DNA of 64,000 nt from a virus (lineage: Duplodnaviria; Caudoviricetes), in IMG/VR virus record IMGVR_UViG_3300009678_001573, positions 1 through 64,000 of that record; one strand, given 5' to 3'. Below, one piece after another: positions 20,637-30,840 of this stretch; the stretch's first letter is position 1; every line of letters starts with the position of its first letter. The translations under genes were made by a program, and so were the position numbers. Under the pieces are notes generated by a model, which was not told the origin of the DNA, searched no databases, and saw only the letters and a program-made list of their open reading frames with translations.

Positions 20637-20870
20637 ATGGCTTCCAATTATCATAGAAGTGGGACTGGAAATGATATTGTAACTTTTCCAAAACCAATTA
20701 ACTATTTAAATATAAATGTTGAATCAGGCGTGACATTTCAAATAAGCTTTGATGGTGGGACTAATTATCTTACGATACCATCAGGATTTTATAACTTTGG
20801 TGTTGGTCTTGTTTCAGAACTACATATCGGTGCAACGGGCGCTTGGCAGCTAGTGGCTGTTCAGGGTTAA
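20637..20870 (+). CDS. Small beta-rich protein
   Basis: 77 aa, SD AAGGAG. ISFDGG is weakly similar to the YSFDG family (1965, 14465). Confidence 0.55.
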   Translation: MASNYHRSGTGNDIVTFPKPINYLNINVESGVTFQISFDGGTNYLTIPSGFYNFGVGLVSELHIGATGAWQLVAVQG

Positions 20871-20889
20871 TGCTGGGAGGCTTATAAAA

Positions 20890-21090
20890 ATGGCTAAAGC
20901 GGCACTTGAAATAAATCTAGGAACAAAAGAAGAAATTGAAAAGCTCCTAGCTGAACTAAAAGAAAGTTTGGATAGATTAAATCAACTTCAAGAAGAAGTC
21001 CCAAAAGAATTCAAAAAGCATTCCAAAAAATGTCGGGATATAGCAACACTCGCTGGAGAGATTAATGCCTTATTCGGAGAAAAGCGATAG
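20890..21090 (+). CDS. Small coiled-coil protein
   Basis: 66 aa, SD GGGAGG. Confidence 0.55.
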   Translation: MAKAALEINLGTKEEIEKLLAELKESLDRLNQLQEEVPKEFKKHSKKCRDIATLAGEINALFGEKR

Positions 21091-21532
21091 TATTATAATC
21101 GTTGAAGGCCTAACGCAGAGCATTCAATCTACAACTACACTTGTTCAGAGCCTGATGAGTGAGTTGAGAGATAATTCTACTGCCTTAGCCACTCTAGAGG
21201 CCAAGTTGCAAGCTTTACATGAAAATATGCAGGGGATTATTAAAGTTGTCAGAGACGACAATGGAAACAAATCGATAGTTACTAGAATGGCCCTAGTTGA
21301 AAAAGAACTAAAGGATATAGATGAGCGTTATAGTAATTTAAAGGACGAAATAGAAAAGAAATTTGTCGAAGTTAAAGTTATACTAGAGAAAATGAGCGAC
21401 GACAAAGAAGTTGAAAAGGAAAAAGCGGATAAAGAAAAAGAGTTCGGAAGAGACAAAATAATTACAATATTAAAGATAATACCTGGGCTACTAGCTTTAG
21501 GATACGCTATAATAGATATGTTAAGTAAGTAA
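21065..21532 (+). CDS. Coiled-coil protein with C-terminal transmembrane helix (holin-like?)
   Basis: Long heptad region and a hydrophobic C-terminal IITILKIIPGLLALGYAIIDML; SD GGAG. Confidence 0.5.
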   Translation: MPYSEKSDSIIIVEGLTQSIQSTTTLVQSLMSELRDNSTALATLEAKLQALHENMQGIIKVVRDDNGNKSIVTRMALVEKELKDIDERYSNLKDEIEKKFVEVKVILEKMSDDKEVEKEKADKEKEFGRDKIITILKIIPGLLALGYAIIDMLSK

Positions 21533-21537
21533 TACCC

Positions 21538-21598
21538 TATTAATAAAGTGTTTCTCGATTGTCGCTTTAGAGATCTCTATATGGCGACCGAGGGGAAC
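21538..21598 (+). promoter_or_regulatory. TATTAATA motif followed by a leader stem-loop
   Basis: Motif at 21538-21545, then nested stems CTCG/CGAG, GTCGC/GCGAC and TAGAG/CTCTA across 21550-21598, with no U-tract. Confidence 0.4.
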
Positions 21599-21623
21599 TG
21601 TCAAGCATAAAGGAGAAAGTGTT

Positions 21624-21866
21624 ATGAGAAAATTAGAAAAACTTACCGTAGAGTATATTGGCTATTTACAGCCAGAAACTGAAGATGAATTACAGATGGA
21701 AATATTAGGCCTAGAGAATGCTATCAAAAATGCTGGATTAAGAATATCAGTATTAAAACAAGCCTCGCATTTAAACGAGATGATGAAAAAAGCTAAGATA
21801 GTAGGAGACAAGGCAGATGAAAAAACTGTCAATTCGTCAGTTGATACCCCTGATAAAACTGAGTAA
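21624..21866 (+). CDS. Hypothetical protein
   Basis: 80 aa, SD AAGGAG. Confidence 0.55.
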   Translation: MRKLEKLTVEYIGYLQPETEDELQMEILGLENAIKNAGLRISVLKQASHLNEMMKKAKIVGDKADEKTVNSSVDTPDKTE

Positions 21867-22341
21867 AAGGCACAAGCCAGAAGCCAAGTTAATTCAGATT
21901 ATGAAGGAAAGAGCCAAACTAGATCCTATTGTCATAAAAATGTTTAAAGAATACGAAGTACCTCTTGAAGACATAGATAGGGTAGAGGTGTCTTTCGCGC
22001 CACTGGACGTTTCCGCAAAGACAAAAAATAAAAAAATATATATAAACGAGTCGATGTTGGATGACGATAGTGATGTTAAGGATCCTACTCATTATTTGGT
22101 TCATGAACTGACTCATTATCTACAACAAACGACTGGGCAAACCCACGGTCACAAAGAAGTGTCTGAATATTTAGACAAACCAACCGAAGAAGAGGCCTTT
22201 AAGGCCCAAATTGATTTTAAGAAGAGACACGAATCCCCCGAAGAAGCAGAAAAGTATACCGAAGACCTTTTAGATCATCATAACGTCAAAGGCAAAGAAA
22301 GACAAGAAAAGAAAGACAAACTATTAAATGAAGAGAGTTAA
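21817..22341 (+). CDS. HExxH zincin-like metallopeptidase domain protein
   Basis: KIYIN...LVHELTHYLQQ...YLDKPTEEEAF: HExxH with a downstream Glu ligand. Confidence 0.65.
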   Translation: MKKLSIRQLIPLIKLSKRHKPEAKLIQIMKERAKLDPIVIKMFKEYEVPLEDIDRVEVSFAPLDVSAKTKNKKIYINESMLDDDSDVKDPTHYLVHELTHYLQQTTGQTHGHKEVSEYLDKPTEEEAFKAQIDFKKRHESPEEAEKYTEDLLDHHNVKGKERQEKKDKLLNEES

Positions 22342-22344
22342 TAA

Positions 22345-25300
22345 ATGGCAGATAAGATAAAAATCCGTAGAGGCGACTTTGTTGATTTACCTAATCTAGA
22401 CGAGGCTGAATTTGGTCTTGCCACAGATACTGGTACTTTATATATTGGTACTGAAGAAGCAACAAATATACTTATTAACCCGGTATTAGAACACGGTGAT
22501 GGTTACTCTATAGACGGCTATCTTATTCCTGCCGTAGACAACGTTCATAATCTTGGAACGCCAGATAATCGATGGGCAAGCGTGTATGTAGGCCCAGGAA
22601 CTATTAACATAGTAGCAAAAGACTCTGATGCTGGATTTTCGACAAACACAGAATATAGAATAGGAATTGATTCTGCATCTGGTACCTTACAAATTGTAGC
22701 AGGCGATAATGATTTGTTGATGGTATTAGATCCAGATACCGGTGTTACTTTCCCGGCGGGCGGCTCTGTTGAAGCTGATCCAGGACTAACAAATACGGTA
22801 ACCGAACATTATAATCAGCAAGGTCAAATTAATCAAGATATTATTAAGGCACTTGATGCCTACGGTGGAAGTGCAACAGAAGACGAACACTATATTCAGC
22901 AAAGTCAAATAAATCAATCCATTCTCCAGTCTTTAGATGGCTATGCTTCTGTTCCAAATACCAATGCAACTGGCGATGGCTATTTAGCATTTTATACTGG
23001 TGTTGGCCGTAACCTGGCCGGCGACAATGATTTATTTTGGGATAGAGAAAATGGCAGATTGGGTATTGGTACAGACTTACCCAATTCGACCTTAGATGTT
23101 AGGGGTATAGCTACATTTATTGGTGATACTGGTGTCGGTGGCCATTCTTTTATAGCTTCAGGTGCTAATACTAATAATAGACGCGGTATTTTGGTAGAGC
23201 ATAGAACATCCGGGGTAATGACTGATGGTTTTGGAATTCGTATTCAACTCTCCCATCGTGATTCAGATGGCATATCGAATGTAGTAGCGGAATTAGGTAC
23301 TTCTCGGGTCGGCTCGGATGATTCGGGTGATTTACTTTTCCTAACGGCTTCTGGTGGGGTCTTAACAGAAAAACTTCGTATCGGCGCAAGTGGAAATTCT
23401 ACTGTAAGCGGAGATTTTACTGTTGCGGGCTCTATAATAAATAAAGACTTAACAGAAACTTTTCAAGTAATTCGTCAGGCAACAGATGGCTATGCTTCAG
23501 TTCCAAATACTGCTGCCATCGGAGATGGATATATAGCTTTCTTTATCGATGGTGGAAGACAAATCGCCGGCGATAATGATTTGTTTTATAATAGAGAAAG
23601 TGGTAGTTTAGGCGTAGGGATAGATGTACCAACTGGCAAACTTCATGTAACAGGGCCTTCTGGTACTGCAGCCCTTGTCCTAGATACCCCTGTGGGTATT
23701 AATGGAACTGCTCTAGCAATGAAACAGTCTGGATCTGCAAGTCCTACTAATACATCATTAACCTTCTCACCACGAGCTGATGGAACAGAACATTGGGTAT
23801 TTGGAAGTGATGGAACTACTTTCAAAAACTATATGTCTTTTGACTATGATGGCTTCCTAGTTAAATTCGGCCCCGGTGGCTCATCGGGCGGCCTTGATAC
23901 TCTAGTTGCCGATCTTGCCAACGGACGAGTTGGTATTTCAACTGCTATTCCAGTGGCTAGGCTTGAGGTTGAAGATAATGCTATGTCTAGTGGTATGGTA
24001 GTCAAAATTACTCACGATGATCATAATGTATATGGATTAGTAATAGGCAACGATACATTTTCTACCACCGACACAGATGGCATGGCTATGTATGTTGATA
24101 ATAGCGGTGTCTCTGTGTTAGATGCGAGAGGAACTGCCTCTAGGCTTTCTGTTCAAGTAGGCGGAACAGATAGAATAAGAATTACCAATACTGGGCTTGT
24201 TGGCCTTAGTACAGCTACACCCCAAAACAGATTAGATGTAGAAGGTGCAGCGGTAATAGGTGCCACATATGCTGGTACTAATACAGCACCTACAAACGGC
24301 CTGCTTATAGAGGGTAATGTTGGTATAGGTATAACAACAGTAGGTAGCACTCAAGTAGATGTAACTCAATCTACATCTAGTACAGTTGTATCTGGTGTTG
24401 ATATTTCAAACGATAGCACTGGTGATGCTTTTATAAGATTCGGCCTAGGAGCCTCTCGTGGTTATTCTATGGGCATCGATAATTCAGATTCTGATGCTTT
24501 AAAAATAGGTACGGCCGCTAATACAGCTTCCGGAGTGGATACCGGCACCTTTATGGTAATGACTACTGCCGGTTCAGTCGGTGTTGGCGGAACCCCTATT
24601 AATGGCAAGTTTGAAGTTAATACCGCCCTTGATGAAGCAGTGGTTTCTACAGCTTATGCCAGTATAGCTGGAGTCAATGCTCGCGGTGTTTTACAGGCAA
24701 GAGCAAACGGCGGCGGCGTAATATTGGGTATGAATAACACCACCCATAGTGCATATACCCGTGGTGGCGAAGCAATGAATGGTGCCGCTGAAATGGTAAC
24801 TTTCAATGCTGGTGATGCGGTAACCAAATTTATAATAGGAAATGTTAATGCATCGCCTATTCATTTCATTATAAATGATACTAAGGCCGCTACTATAAGT
24901 TCCAATATGAATGTAGGAATTGGAACTCAAAATCCAATCGAACGACTTACAGTAAATGGTTCTATAGCATTACAGGAATTGGCCACTAGTGAAGTTCCAG
25001 TAGCCCAAGATGGCTATGGTAAAATATACGTTAAAACAGATGATAAACTATACTATAAGGATGGTTTAGGTGCAGAGGGGATAATTACTACTTCTGTTGA
25101 TGGGGCAGATGGTTATATTGCTTTTTATACCAGTGCGGGTGCTCTCGCCGGCGATAATGATTTATTCTATGATAGGGTAAATAGCATTTTAAGTGTTACT
25201 GGCGGCGTAAGTGAAGTCCAAGTTGGTGATTCAGATTTTAAATTTGACTTTCAAGCCGGCGGCGAGGGAGTTCCGGGAATAGTGTTTGATTCCGGCAACG

Positions 25301-26661
25301 ATAGAATTCGTTATGTTCGTAGCAGCGATAGTATATTTTTTGATTTAGGCGGTGCTACCGCTTTTTCTATTTCTAGTACAGCTGCCAGCGTAACTCGTAC
25401 TTTACGACCCGGCGCAGATGATACTTACGATTTAGGTTCTTTAGGTAGCTTAAGATGGCGTAATGGTTATTTTAGTACAAGTATTATAGCTGAAGGCGGT
25501 CTTGTTGTTGGATTTTCTGCAGTACCTACGGCGGATGAAATACGATTAGGCGATGCTACTTTTAAACTAGATTTTGACGCTGGTGGTGCTGGAGTACCAG
25601 GTTTAGTATTTGATACGAATGATGATATAACTTACGATAGAGCAACAAATGCGTTAGATATTAACATTAATAATATTGGAAGACTTAGTATAAATAGCGA
25701 TGGTTATGTCCAGACTTTAGGTGATACGCCGGCTGAAGCCGCCACACAAATTAGAATTAGTGGATCCAATGACTTTACTTCTGGTATAGAATTTTATACC
25801 ACTACAACTGCGCGTCGTGGTTTCGTAGGATGGCGTGGTATTAGTTCTGGTAGTGGATTAGCAGATCCTGGTATGTATTTGGTGAATTTTGATAATACAC
25901 CATTATTTTTGGGAACAAGTAGTACAAATAGAGTTCAAATTACTGCCACTGATGGGTATGTCGGTGTTAATGGTACGCCAGGCCCAGCTGGAGGAGTAGG
26001 CCCATCTAGATTACAGATATTTGCTGATGCTGCTGGTGAATCCATGTTTTCAGTACGTGATGGCAGTAATGGCGTAGCTCTTGAAATAATATCACCAGCA
26101 ACGTCTCAATTATTTATAAGAGGCGGCGCTGGCGATAATATTCATTTTGGAACTAATGGAAGCAATGATGCAGCCATAACCATCAAATCAAATAATGAAG
26201 TTGATTTGCCAGGCTTTGTGGCTTATGCAAGTGTTACTAATCTCACAGATTCAACAGCTAACGCCTCAGAATATAATCCATTTGCTTCTGGAAGTCATGC
26301 GGCTTATGTTGAAAATACTAATTGGCAACACAATACAGCATCTAATATGGTTGTGTTCACTCCAGCAGATGGAAGGTTTACCGTTGAAAGAACCGGAGTA
26401 TATGCTATAGAAGCAGTAGTATTGATGACGCAGAGTGCCACAGGCATTTTGGATAATTTTGCCGTTAGATTAAATGGTTCTACTACTATTTGGGTAGCAC
26501 AACCATTCGTACATTCTTCTGTAGATCCAGTAGAGAGAAGTATTAATTTTTATTATTCTCTTTCTGCTGGAGATTACTTAGAGCTTCTGGTGAATAGTTC
26601 AGCAGCAACTACATTGATAGTAGATAACGGGACAACATTTAACATGAGAAGGATAGCATAA
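22345..26661 (+). CDS. Long fibre protein: Mtd/hyaluronidase-like N-terminus, C1q/TNF-like C-terminal tip
   Basis: KIKIRRG...LPNLD.AEFGL..DTGTLYIG N-terminus, repeated G.VGIG...P...L.V units, and a C-terminal GRFTVERTGVY...LSAGDYLEL. 10 DGY. Confidence 0.75.
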   Translation: MADKIKIRRGDFVDLPNLDEAEFGLATDTGTLYIGTEEATNILINPVLEHGDGYSIDGYLIPAVDNVHNLGTPDNRWASVYVGPGTINIVAKDSDAGFSTNTEYRIGIDSASGTLQIVAGDNDLLMVLDPDTGVTFPAGGSVEADPGLTNTVTEHYNQQGQINQDIIKALDAYGGSATEDEHYIQQSQINQSILQSLDGYASVPNTNATGDGYLAFYTGVGRNLAGDNDLFWDRENGRLGIGTDLPNSTLDVRGIATFIGDTGVGGHSFIASGANTNNRRGILVEHRTSGVMTDGFGIRIQLSHRDSDGISNVVAELGTSRVGSDDSGDLLFLTASGGVLTEKLRIGASGNSTVSGDFTVAGSIINKDLTETFQVIRQATDGYASVPNTAAIGDGYIAFFIDGGRQIAGDNDLFYNRESGSLGVGIDVPTGKLHVTGPSGTAALVLDTPVGINGTALAMKQSGSASPTNTSLTFSPRADGTEHWVFGSDGTTFKNYMSFDYDGFLVKFGPGGSSGGLDTLVADLANGRVGISTAIPVARLEVEDNAMSSGMVVKITHDDHNVYGLVIGNDTFSTTDTDGMAMYVDNSGVSVLDARGTASRLSVQVGGTDRIRITNTGLVGLSTATPQNRLDVEGAAVIGATYAGTNTAPTNGLLIEGNVGIGITTVGSTQVDVTQSTSSTVVSGVDISNDSTGDAFIRFGLGASRGYSMGIDNSDSDALKIGTAANTASGVDTGTFMVMTTAGSVGVGGTPINGKFEVNTALDEAVVSTAYASIAGVNARGVLQARANGGGVILGMNNTTHSAYTRGGEAMNGAAEMVTFNAGDAVTKFIIGNVNASPIHFIINDTKAATISSNMNVGIGTQNPIERLTVNGSIALQELATSEVPVAQDGYGKIYVKTDDKLYYKDGLGAEGIITTSVDGADGYIAFYTSAGALAGDNDLFYDRVNSILSVTGGVSEVQVGDSDFKFDFQAGGEGVPGIVFDSGNDRIRYVRSSDSIFFDLGGATAFSISSTAASVTRTLRPGADDTYDLGSLGSLRWRNGYFSTSIIAEGGLVVGFSAVPTADEIRLGDATFKLDFDAGGAGVPGLVFDTNDDITYDRATNALDININNIGRLSINSDGYVQTLGDTPAEAATQIRISGSNDFTSGIEFYTTTTARRGFVGWRGISSGSGLADPGMYLVNFDNTPLFLGTSSTNRVQITATDGYVGVNGTPGPAGGVGPSRLQIFADAAGESMFSVRDGSNGVALEIISPATSQLFIRGGAGDNIHFGTNGSNDAAITIKSNNEVDLPGFVAYASVTNLTDSTANASEYNPFASGSHAAYVENTNWQHNTASNMVVFTPADGRFTVERTGVYAIEAVVLMTQSATGILDNFAVRLNGSTTIWVAQPFVHSSVDPVERSINFYYSLSAGDYLELLVNSSAATTLIVDNGTTFNMRRIA

Positions 26662-27371
26662 TGAAACAAGTTATGATATTTATGTCATATAGAACTGGTT
26701 CTAAAACATTTCTTAATATGCTAGGTGCCTCTAAAAAAGATAAATCTAATAAAGAAAGGGGCTTTGAGAGAACATTTAGGGGAAATTTCATAGCGGCTAC
26801 ACAACCAAAAGATGTTTGTCCAGTGATATACAGAAGAGATGGTGCGGACATTTCTCAAATATATTATAATCTTAAAGATGATTTTTCTAATATTATTTAT
26901 TGGACTAGATTAGAAAATGAGATTCCCTCGCTGTTTACTTTGCCAAATTTATCGAAATTGAATGGTGACTGGAAGTTTGTAAGTATTATTAGGGATGGTA
27001 GGGATCAAGTAGAGTCTTGGATGGATTTTAGAGGACAGAGAAAGCCAAAATCAGTAGAGGGCGACAGACCGTTTATAGATATGTGTGAGGGTTGGGCTAA
27101 AAGAGCAAATCATACAAAATTACTTATGGAAAATTTTAATTGTAAGTTAATTAAATTCGAAGATTTAATTATAGACCCAAAACTATGCTTCTATGATATA
27201 ATGAATTTTATTGGGCTTGAACCTGATAATTTATATTTAGATTCTATTATCGACATTTTAAATTCAGAAAAAACCGACAATAAAATAAAGTGGAAAGATT
27301 GGGATAAGGACAAATTAAATACTTTTTATAGTATAGCGGAAGATGAAATGAAGTATTTTAATTATATGTAA
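26661..27371 (+). CDS. PAPS-dependent sulfotransferase (Sulfotransfer_3/TPST-like)
   Basis: 5'-PSB-like SYRTGSKT, 3'-PB-like FVSIIRDGRDQVES, KFEDLIIDP...IMNFIGL and a C-terminal KWK.W...M..F.Y. The start overlaps the fibre gene stop (TAATG). Confidence 0.8.
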   Translation: MKQVMIFMSYRTGSKTFLNMLGASKKDKSNKERGFERTFRGNFIAATQPKDVCPVIYRRDGADISQIYYNLKDDFSNIIYWTRLENEIPSLFTLPNLSKLNGDWKFVSIIRDGRDQVESWMDFRGQRKPKSVEGDRPFIDMCEGWAKRANHTKLLMENFNCKLIKFEDLIIDPKLCFYDIMNFIGLEPDNLYLDSIIDILNSEKTDNKIKWKDWDKDKLNTFYSIAEDEMKYFNYM

Positions 27372-27380
27372 GGATGAACA

Positions 27381-30300
27381 ATGGCTGATAAAATAAAAAT
27401 TCGTAGAGGAAACTTTATTAATCTACCGGATCTAGATTCGGGTGAGTTTGGTCTGTCCGTTGATACTGGTACTCTTTATGTTGGTACTCCAGATCATAAT
27501 ATTCTTATAAATCCAGTATTAGAAAGTGGAGACGGATATTCAATAGATGGCTATTTAGTTCCGGCAACAGATAACGTTCATAACCTAGGCACCCCAGATT
27601 CTAGATGGCACAGTGTTTTCGTGGGGCCGGGCACCATTAATATAGTAGCAAAAGATTCAGATGCGGGTCATAATTCTAATAAAGAATTTAGAATAGGGGT
27701 TGATTCAGTTACTGGCACATTACAATTTGTAGATGAAAATGATAACGTGTTAATGACATTAGATTCCGAAGAAGGTGCTTCATTTCCAGCCGGCGGCGGG
27801 GGTGTAGATGAAGGATTAGCAATTACAGTAGACGAACACTATATTCAAAATTCGACCGCCATACAAACTGTATTAAAAGATTTAGATGGCTACGCGGTAA
27901 TTCCAAATACAGCAGCTACAGGCGATGGCTATTTAGCCTTCTATACTGGTGTTGGTCGTAATTTAGCTGGGGATAATGATTTATATTGGAATCGCGAAAC
28001 AAATACATTTAGCGTTGGCCAATCAAGTGATACAGATGCTCTTTTTAGAGCAGATAATACCAACAATAGAGTTGTTATAGGAAATAATATAGGACAATTT
28101 GATACTCTAACAGTTCATGGTACAGCGGTTCGTATAGCAACCTTTGGCAATGCAGCACAAGGTGTATTGAAATTTTCACAACATGCATCTGCACCAAATA
28201 TAGTTGGCCACGAGTCAGCAGGATTTTCTTTTAATACTATATCAGCTTCCTCTGCAGTAGTAATAGATGATTTGGGTAGAGTGGGTATGAATGCTGGAGC
28301 AGCACCTATAGTTGCTAGACTTACTGCATTCGGTACCGGAATAGGATTTCCAGTCACATCTGGTACAACACAATCTGCTGGACATGTAGTACGACTAAAA
28401 GATAGCTCTAACGCCATATTAGATATTGGTGGAAATGCTTCGAGTGGGTTTTGGCTACAATCTACCGATCAAGCTGATCTCGCCCTAGAATATCCTCTCT
28501 TATTAAATCCAAATGGTGGTTTTGTTAGTATAGGCAAAACCATTCCTACCTCGGCCCTTGATGTTTCTGGTACTATAACCGGATTAGCAAATATAAGTAA
28601 TGAAAACGGTGCCAATTTTACCGGATTGGATTCTGGTCATGGTGTAGCTGGAACTGGCGGTGCAACTGGTGAGGGCGGACATTTTACAGCCTCTGGTGCA
28701 ACTGCTGTTGTTGGTATTGCGGGTGGTGGTAATAATTGGGGTGCAAGTTTTGCTGGATTTGGCTCTGGTATAGGCGTTAAGGGAACCGGAGGTGGCACCA
28801 GTGGTGTAGGCGTATCTGGTCAAGGCGGTTCTCCAAATGGCATTGGTGTAGTGGGTGTGGGGCTTGGTTCAGGTGCTGGTGGTTTTTTCCAGGGAGGTTC
28901 AACAGGAGTTGGTATTACGGCAACGCCAGGTGCCGGCAGTATTGTTGCTGGAAGTTTTCTTGGAGATATTAATGTCTCAGGATCTATAGTAAATAAAGAT
29001 TTAACTGAAACTTTCCAAGTTATTAGACAAGCAGCAGATGGTTATGTTACAGCTCCAAATACCGCAGCAATAGCCGATGGTTATGTTGCCTTCTTTATAG
29101 ATGGTGGAAGACAAATAGCCGGCGATAATGATTTTTACTGGGACCGCCTTAATAGTAGATTAATTATTGGTGGATCAGAAACAGCAGTAGCACCTACCTT
29201 ATCGTTTGGTGATGGTGATACTGGATTTTATGAACAAACAGACGATACTATGCGTATAGCTATAGCTGGTTCGGCTATTTGGAGAATTGATAGCTCTACA
29301 TTAGGTACGGGAATATCTGGCGGGCCTATATTAAGAAATGTTGTTGCTAGTTCCACTAATCCGAGCTTAGCCCCAAATATTTCTGATACCGATACTGGCA
29401 TTGGAACTTCTGGTGCCGATCAATTATCGTTAATTACTGGTGGCATTGAGGCTGCTAGATTTACTACTACCTCTACTAATATTAATGGGACTTTAAATAT
29501 AGGTGGCGATATTGTAAATTCCAACCTAACCGAAACAATCGGGGCCATTAGACAGGCCGCTGATGGTTACGCTTCAGTTCCTAACCTAAGTTCTATAGCC
29601 GATGGCTATGTAGCTTTCTTTATAGACGGCGGAAGACAAATAGCCGGTGATAATGATTTATTTTGGGATAGACTTAATAATAGATTGGGTGTTGGAACGC
29701 AAGCCCCAAGCACAACTTTACATATACTTGGGACTATTACTGGAACAGCTAACACCACTAATTCTGATGGTGCTGTTTTTACAGGAGATGGTTCTGGTTC
29801 AGGTGTTTCTGGCACAGGCGGAACAGGCGGCACTGGTGTAACAGGAACGGGAACTGGAACGGGAACTGGAGTTGTTGGTCAGGGTGGCTCAACAGACGGA
29901 AATGGAGTTACTGGTTTTGGCTCTGGATTAGGCATAGGTGTTACGGGTTTTGGCGGCAGTTCTTCTGGTACTGGTATTAGCGGAGTTGGAGGTAGTACTA
30001 ATGGCACCGGAATTATAGGTACTGGTCAAGGCTCCGGTGCTGGCGGTTCATTTACTGGCGGTGCAACAGGTGCGGGCATTATTGCTACAGCTGGCACCGG
30101 TAATTTTGCCGGTAATTTTATTGGAGATATTACTGTTGCGGGAGCTATTTATAATAATAATTTATCTGAAACTATCAATACTATAAGACAAGCATCAGAT
30201 GGTTATCTCTCCGATTTAACTTATAAACATGCCTCTGGAACTGCTGGTTGGTCAACATATTATGTACCCTGGCTTAATATTAGTTCGTGGAGTACGGGAA

Positions 30301-30764
30301 GTTTAACTGCCAATCAATTATATGGATTTCCATTTATTCACGGCAGCGAGGACAGAAATATTGATGATATTGCTGTACAAATTGTCACTGGTGCAGCCGG
30401 CAATGCTATTGTGGGAATTTATACAGCCACAAGTTCTAGAAATTTATATCCAGATGCACTTGTAACCTCTGGGGTAATTAGTACAACTTCTACTGGCACT
30501 ATTAGCTCAAGTGCTGCAGCCACTCTACGTGCAGGACAGATGTATTGGTTAGTTTGGAATGCTAATGCAGCACCAGTATTGCGAGTTCCGTCCAGCACTG
30601 CCATTCCTGGTATTTTAGGTGTTAGCCCAGCTAATACCACCAATTATGGACGTATTATAGTGGCTAGAACATATGATGGTACTTTACCTGCAACATTCCC
30701 AGCAAGTGCTGCTTTGGAGGCAAGCTTTACTATAGGCTTATACTTGCAATATACTTCAGCATAA
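27381..30764 (+). CDS. Long fibre protein, paralogue of 22345 with Gly-rich segments
   Basis: The first ~200 aa are highly similar to 22345 (MADKIKIRRG...GDGYSIDGY...VGPGTINIVAKDSDAG). Contains G.G.G-rich blocks and a different C-terminal tip. 9 DGY. Confidence 0.75.
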   Translation: MADKIKIRRGNFINLPDLDSGEFGLSVDTGTLYVGTPDHNILINPVLESGDGYSIDGYLVPATDNVHNLGTPDSRWHSVFVGPGTINIVAKDSDAGHNSNKEFRIGVDSVTGTLQFVDENDNVLMTLDSEEGASFPAGGGGVDEGLAITVDEHYIQNSTAIQTVLKDLDGYAVIPNTAATGDGYLAFYTGVGRNLAGDNDLYWNRETNTFSVGQSSDTDALFRADNTNNRVVIGNNIGQFDTLTVHGTAVRIATFGNAAQGVLKFSQHASAPNIVGHESAGFSFNTISASSAVVIDDLGRVGMNAGAAPIVARLTAFGTGIGFPVTSGTTQSAGHVVRLKDSSNAILDIGGNASSGFWLQSTDQADLALEYPLLLNPNGGFVSIGKTIPTSALDVSGTITGLANISNENGANFTGLDSGHGVAGTGGATGEGGHFTASGATAVVGIAGGGNNWGASFAGFGSGIGVKGTGGGTSGVGVSGQGGSPNGIGVVGVGLGSGAGGFFQGGSTGVGITATPGAGSIVAGSFLGDINVSGSIVNKDLTETFQVIRQAADGYVTAPNTAAIADGYVAFFIDGGRQIAGDNDFYWDRLNSRLIIGGSETAVAPTLSFGDGDTGFYEQTDDTMRIAIAGSAIWRIDSSTLGTGISGGPILRNVVASSTNPSLAPNISDTDTGIGTSGADQLSLITGGIEAARFTTTSTNINGTLNIGGDIVNSNLTETIGAIRQAADGYASVPNLSSIADGYVAFFIDGGRQIAGDNDLFWDRLNNRLGVGTQAPSTTLHILGTITGTANTTNSDGAVFTGDGSGSGVSGTGGTGGTGVTGTGTGTGTGVVGQGGSTDGNGVTGFGSGLGIGVTGFGGSSSGTGISGVGGSTNGTGIIGTGQGSGAGGSFTGGATGAGIIATAGTGNFAGNFIGDITVAGAIYNNNLSETINTIRQASDGYLSDLTYKHASGTAGWSTYYVPWLNISSWSTGSLTANQLYGFPFIHGSEDRNIDDIAVQIVTGAAGNAIVGIYTATSSRNLYPDALVTSGVISTTSTGTISSSAAATLRAGQMYWLVWNANAAPVLRVPSSTAIPGILGVSPANTTNYGRIIVARTYDGTLPATFPASAALEASFTIGLYLQYTSA

Positions 30765-30840
30765 AAATGAATTATATTTAATATACACAACATCGCTAGT
30801 ATATATTAAATAAATCATATTATACCAATAGGAGTTTAAC

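Noticed and set aside
22345-30764. Diversity-generating retroelement suggested by the Mtd-like N-termini
   Set aside because: No reverse transcriptase and no TR/VR pair differing only at adenines is visible in this window. The N-terminal domain alone is not diagnostic.
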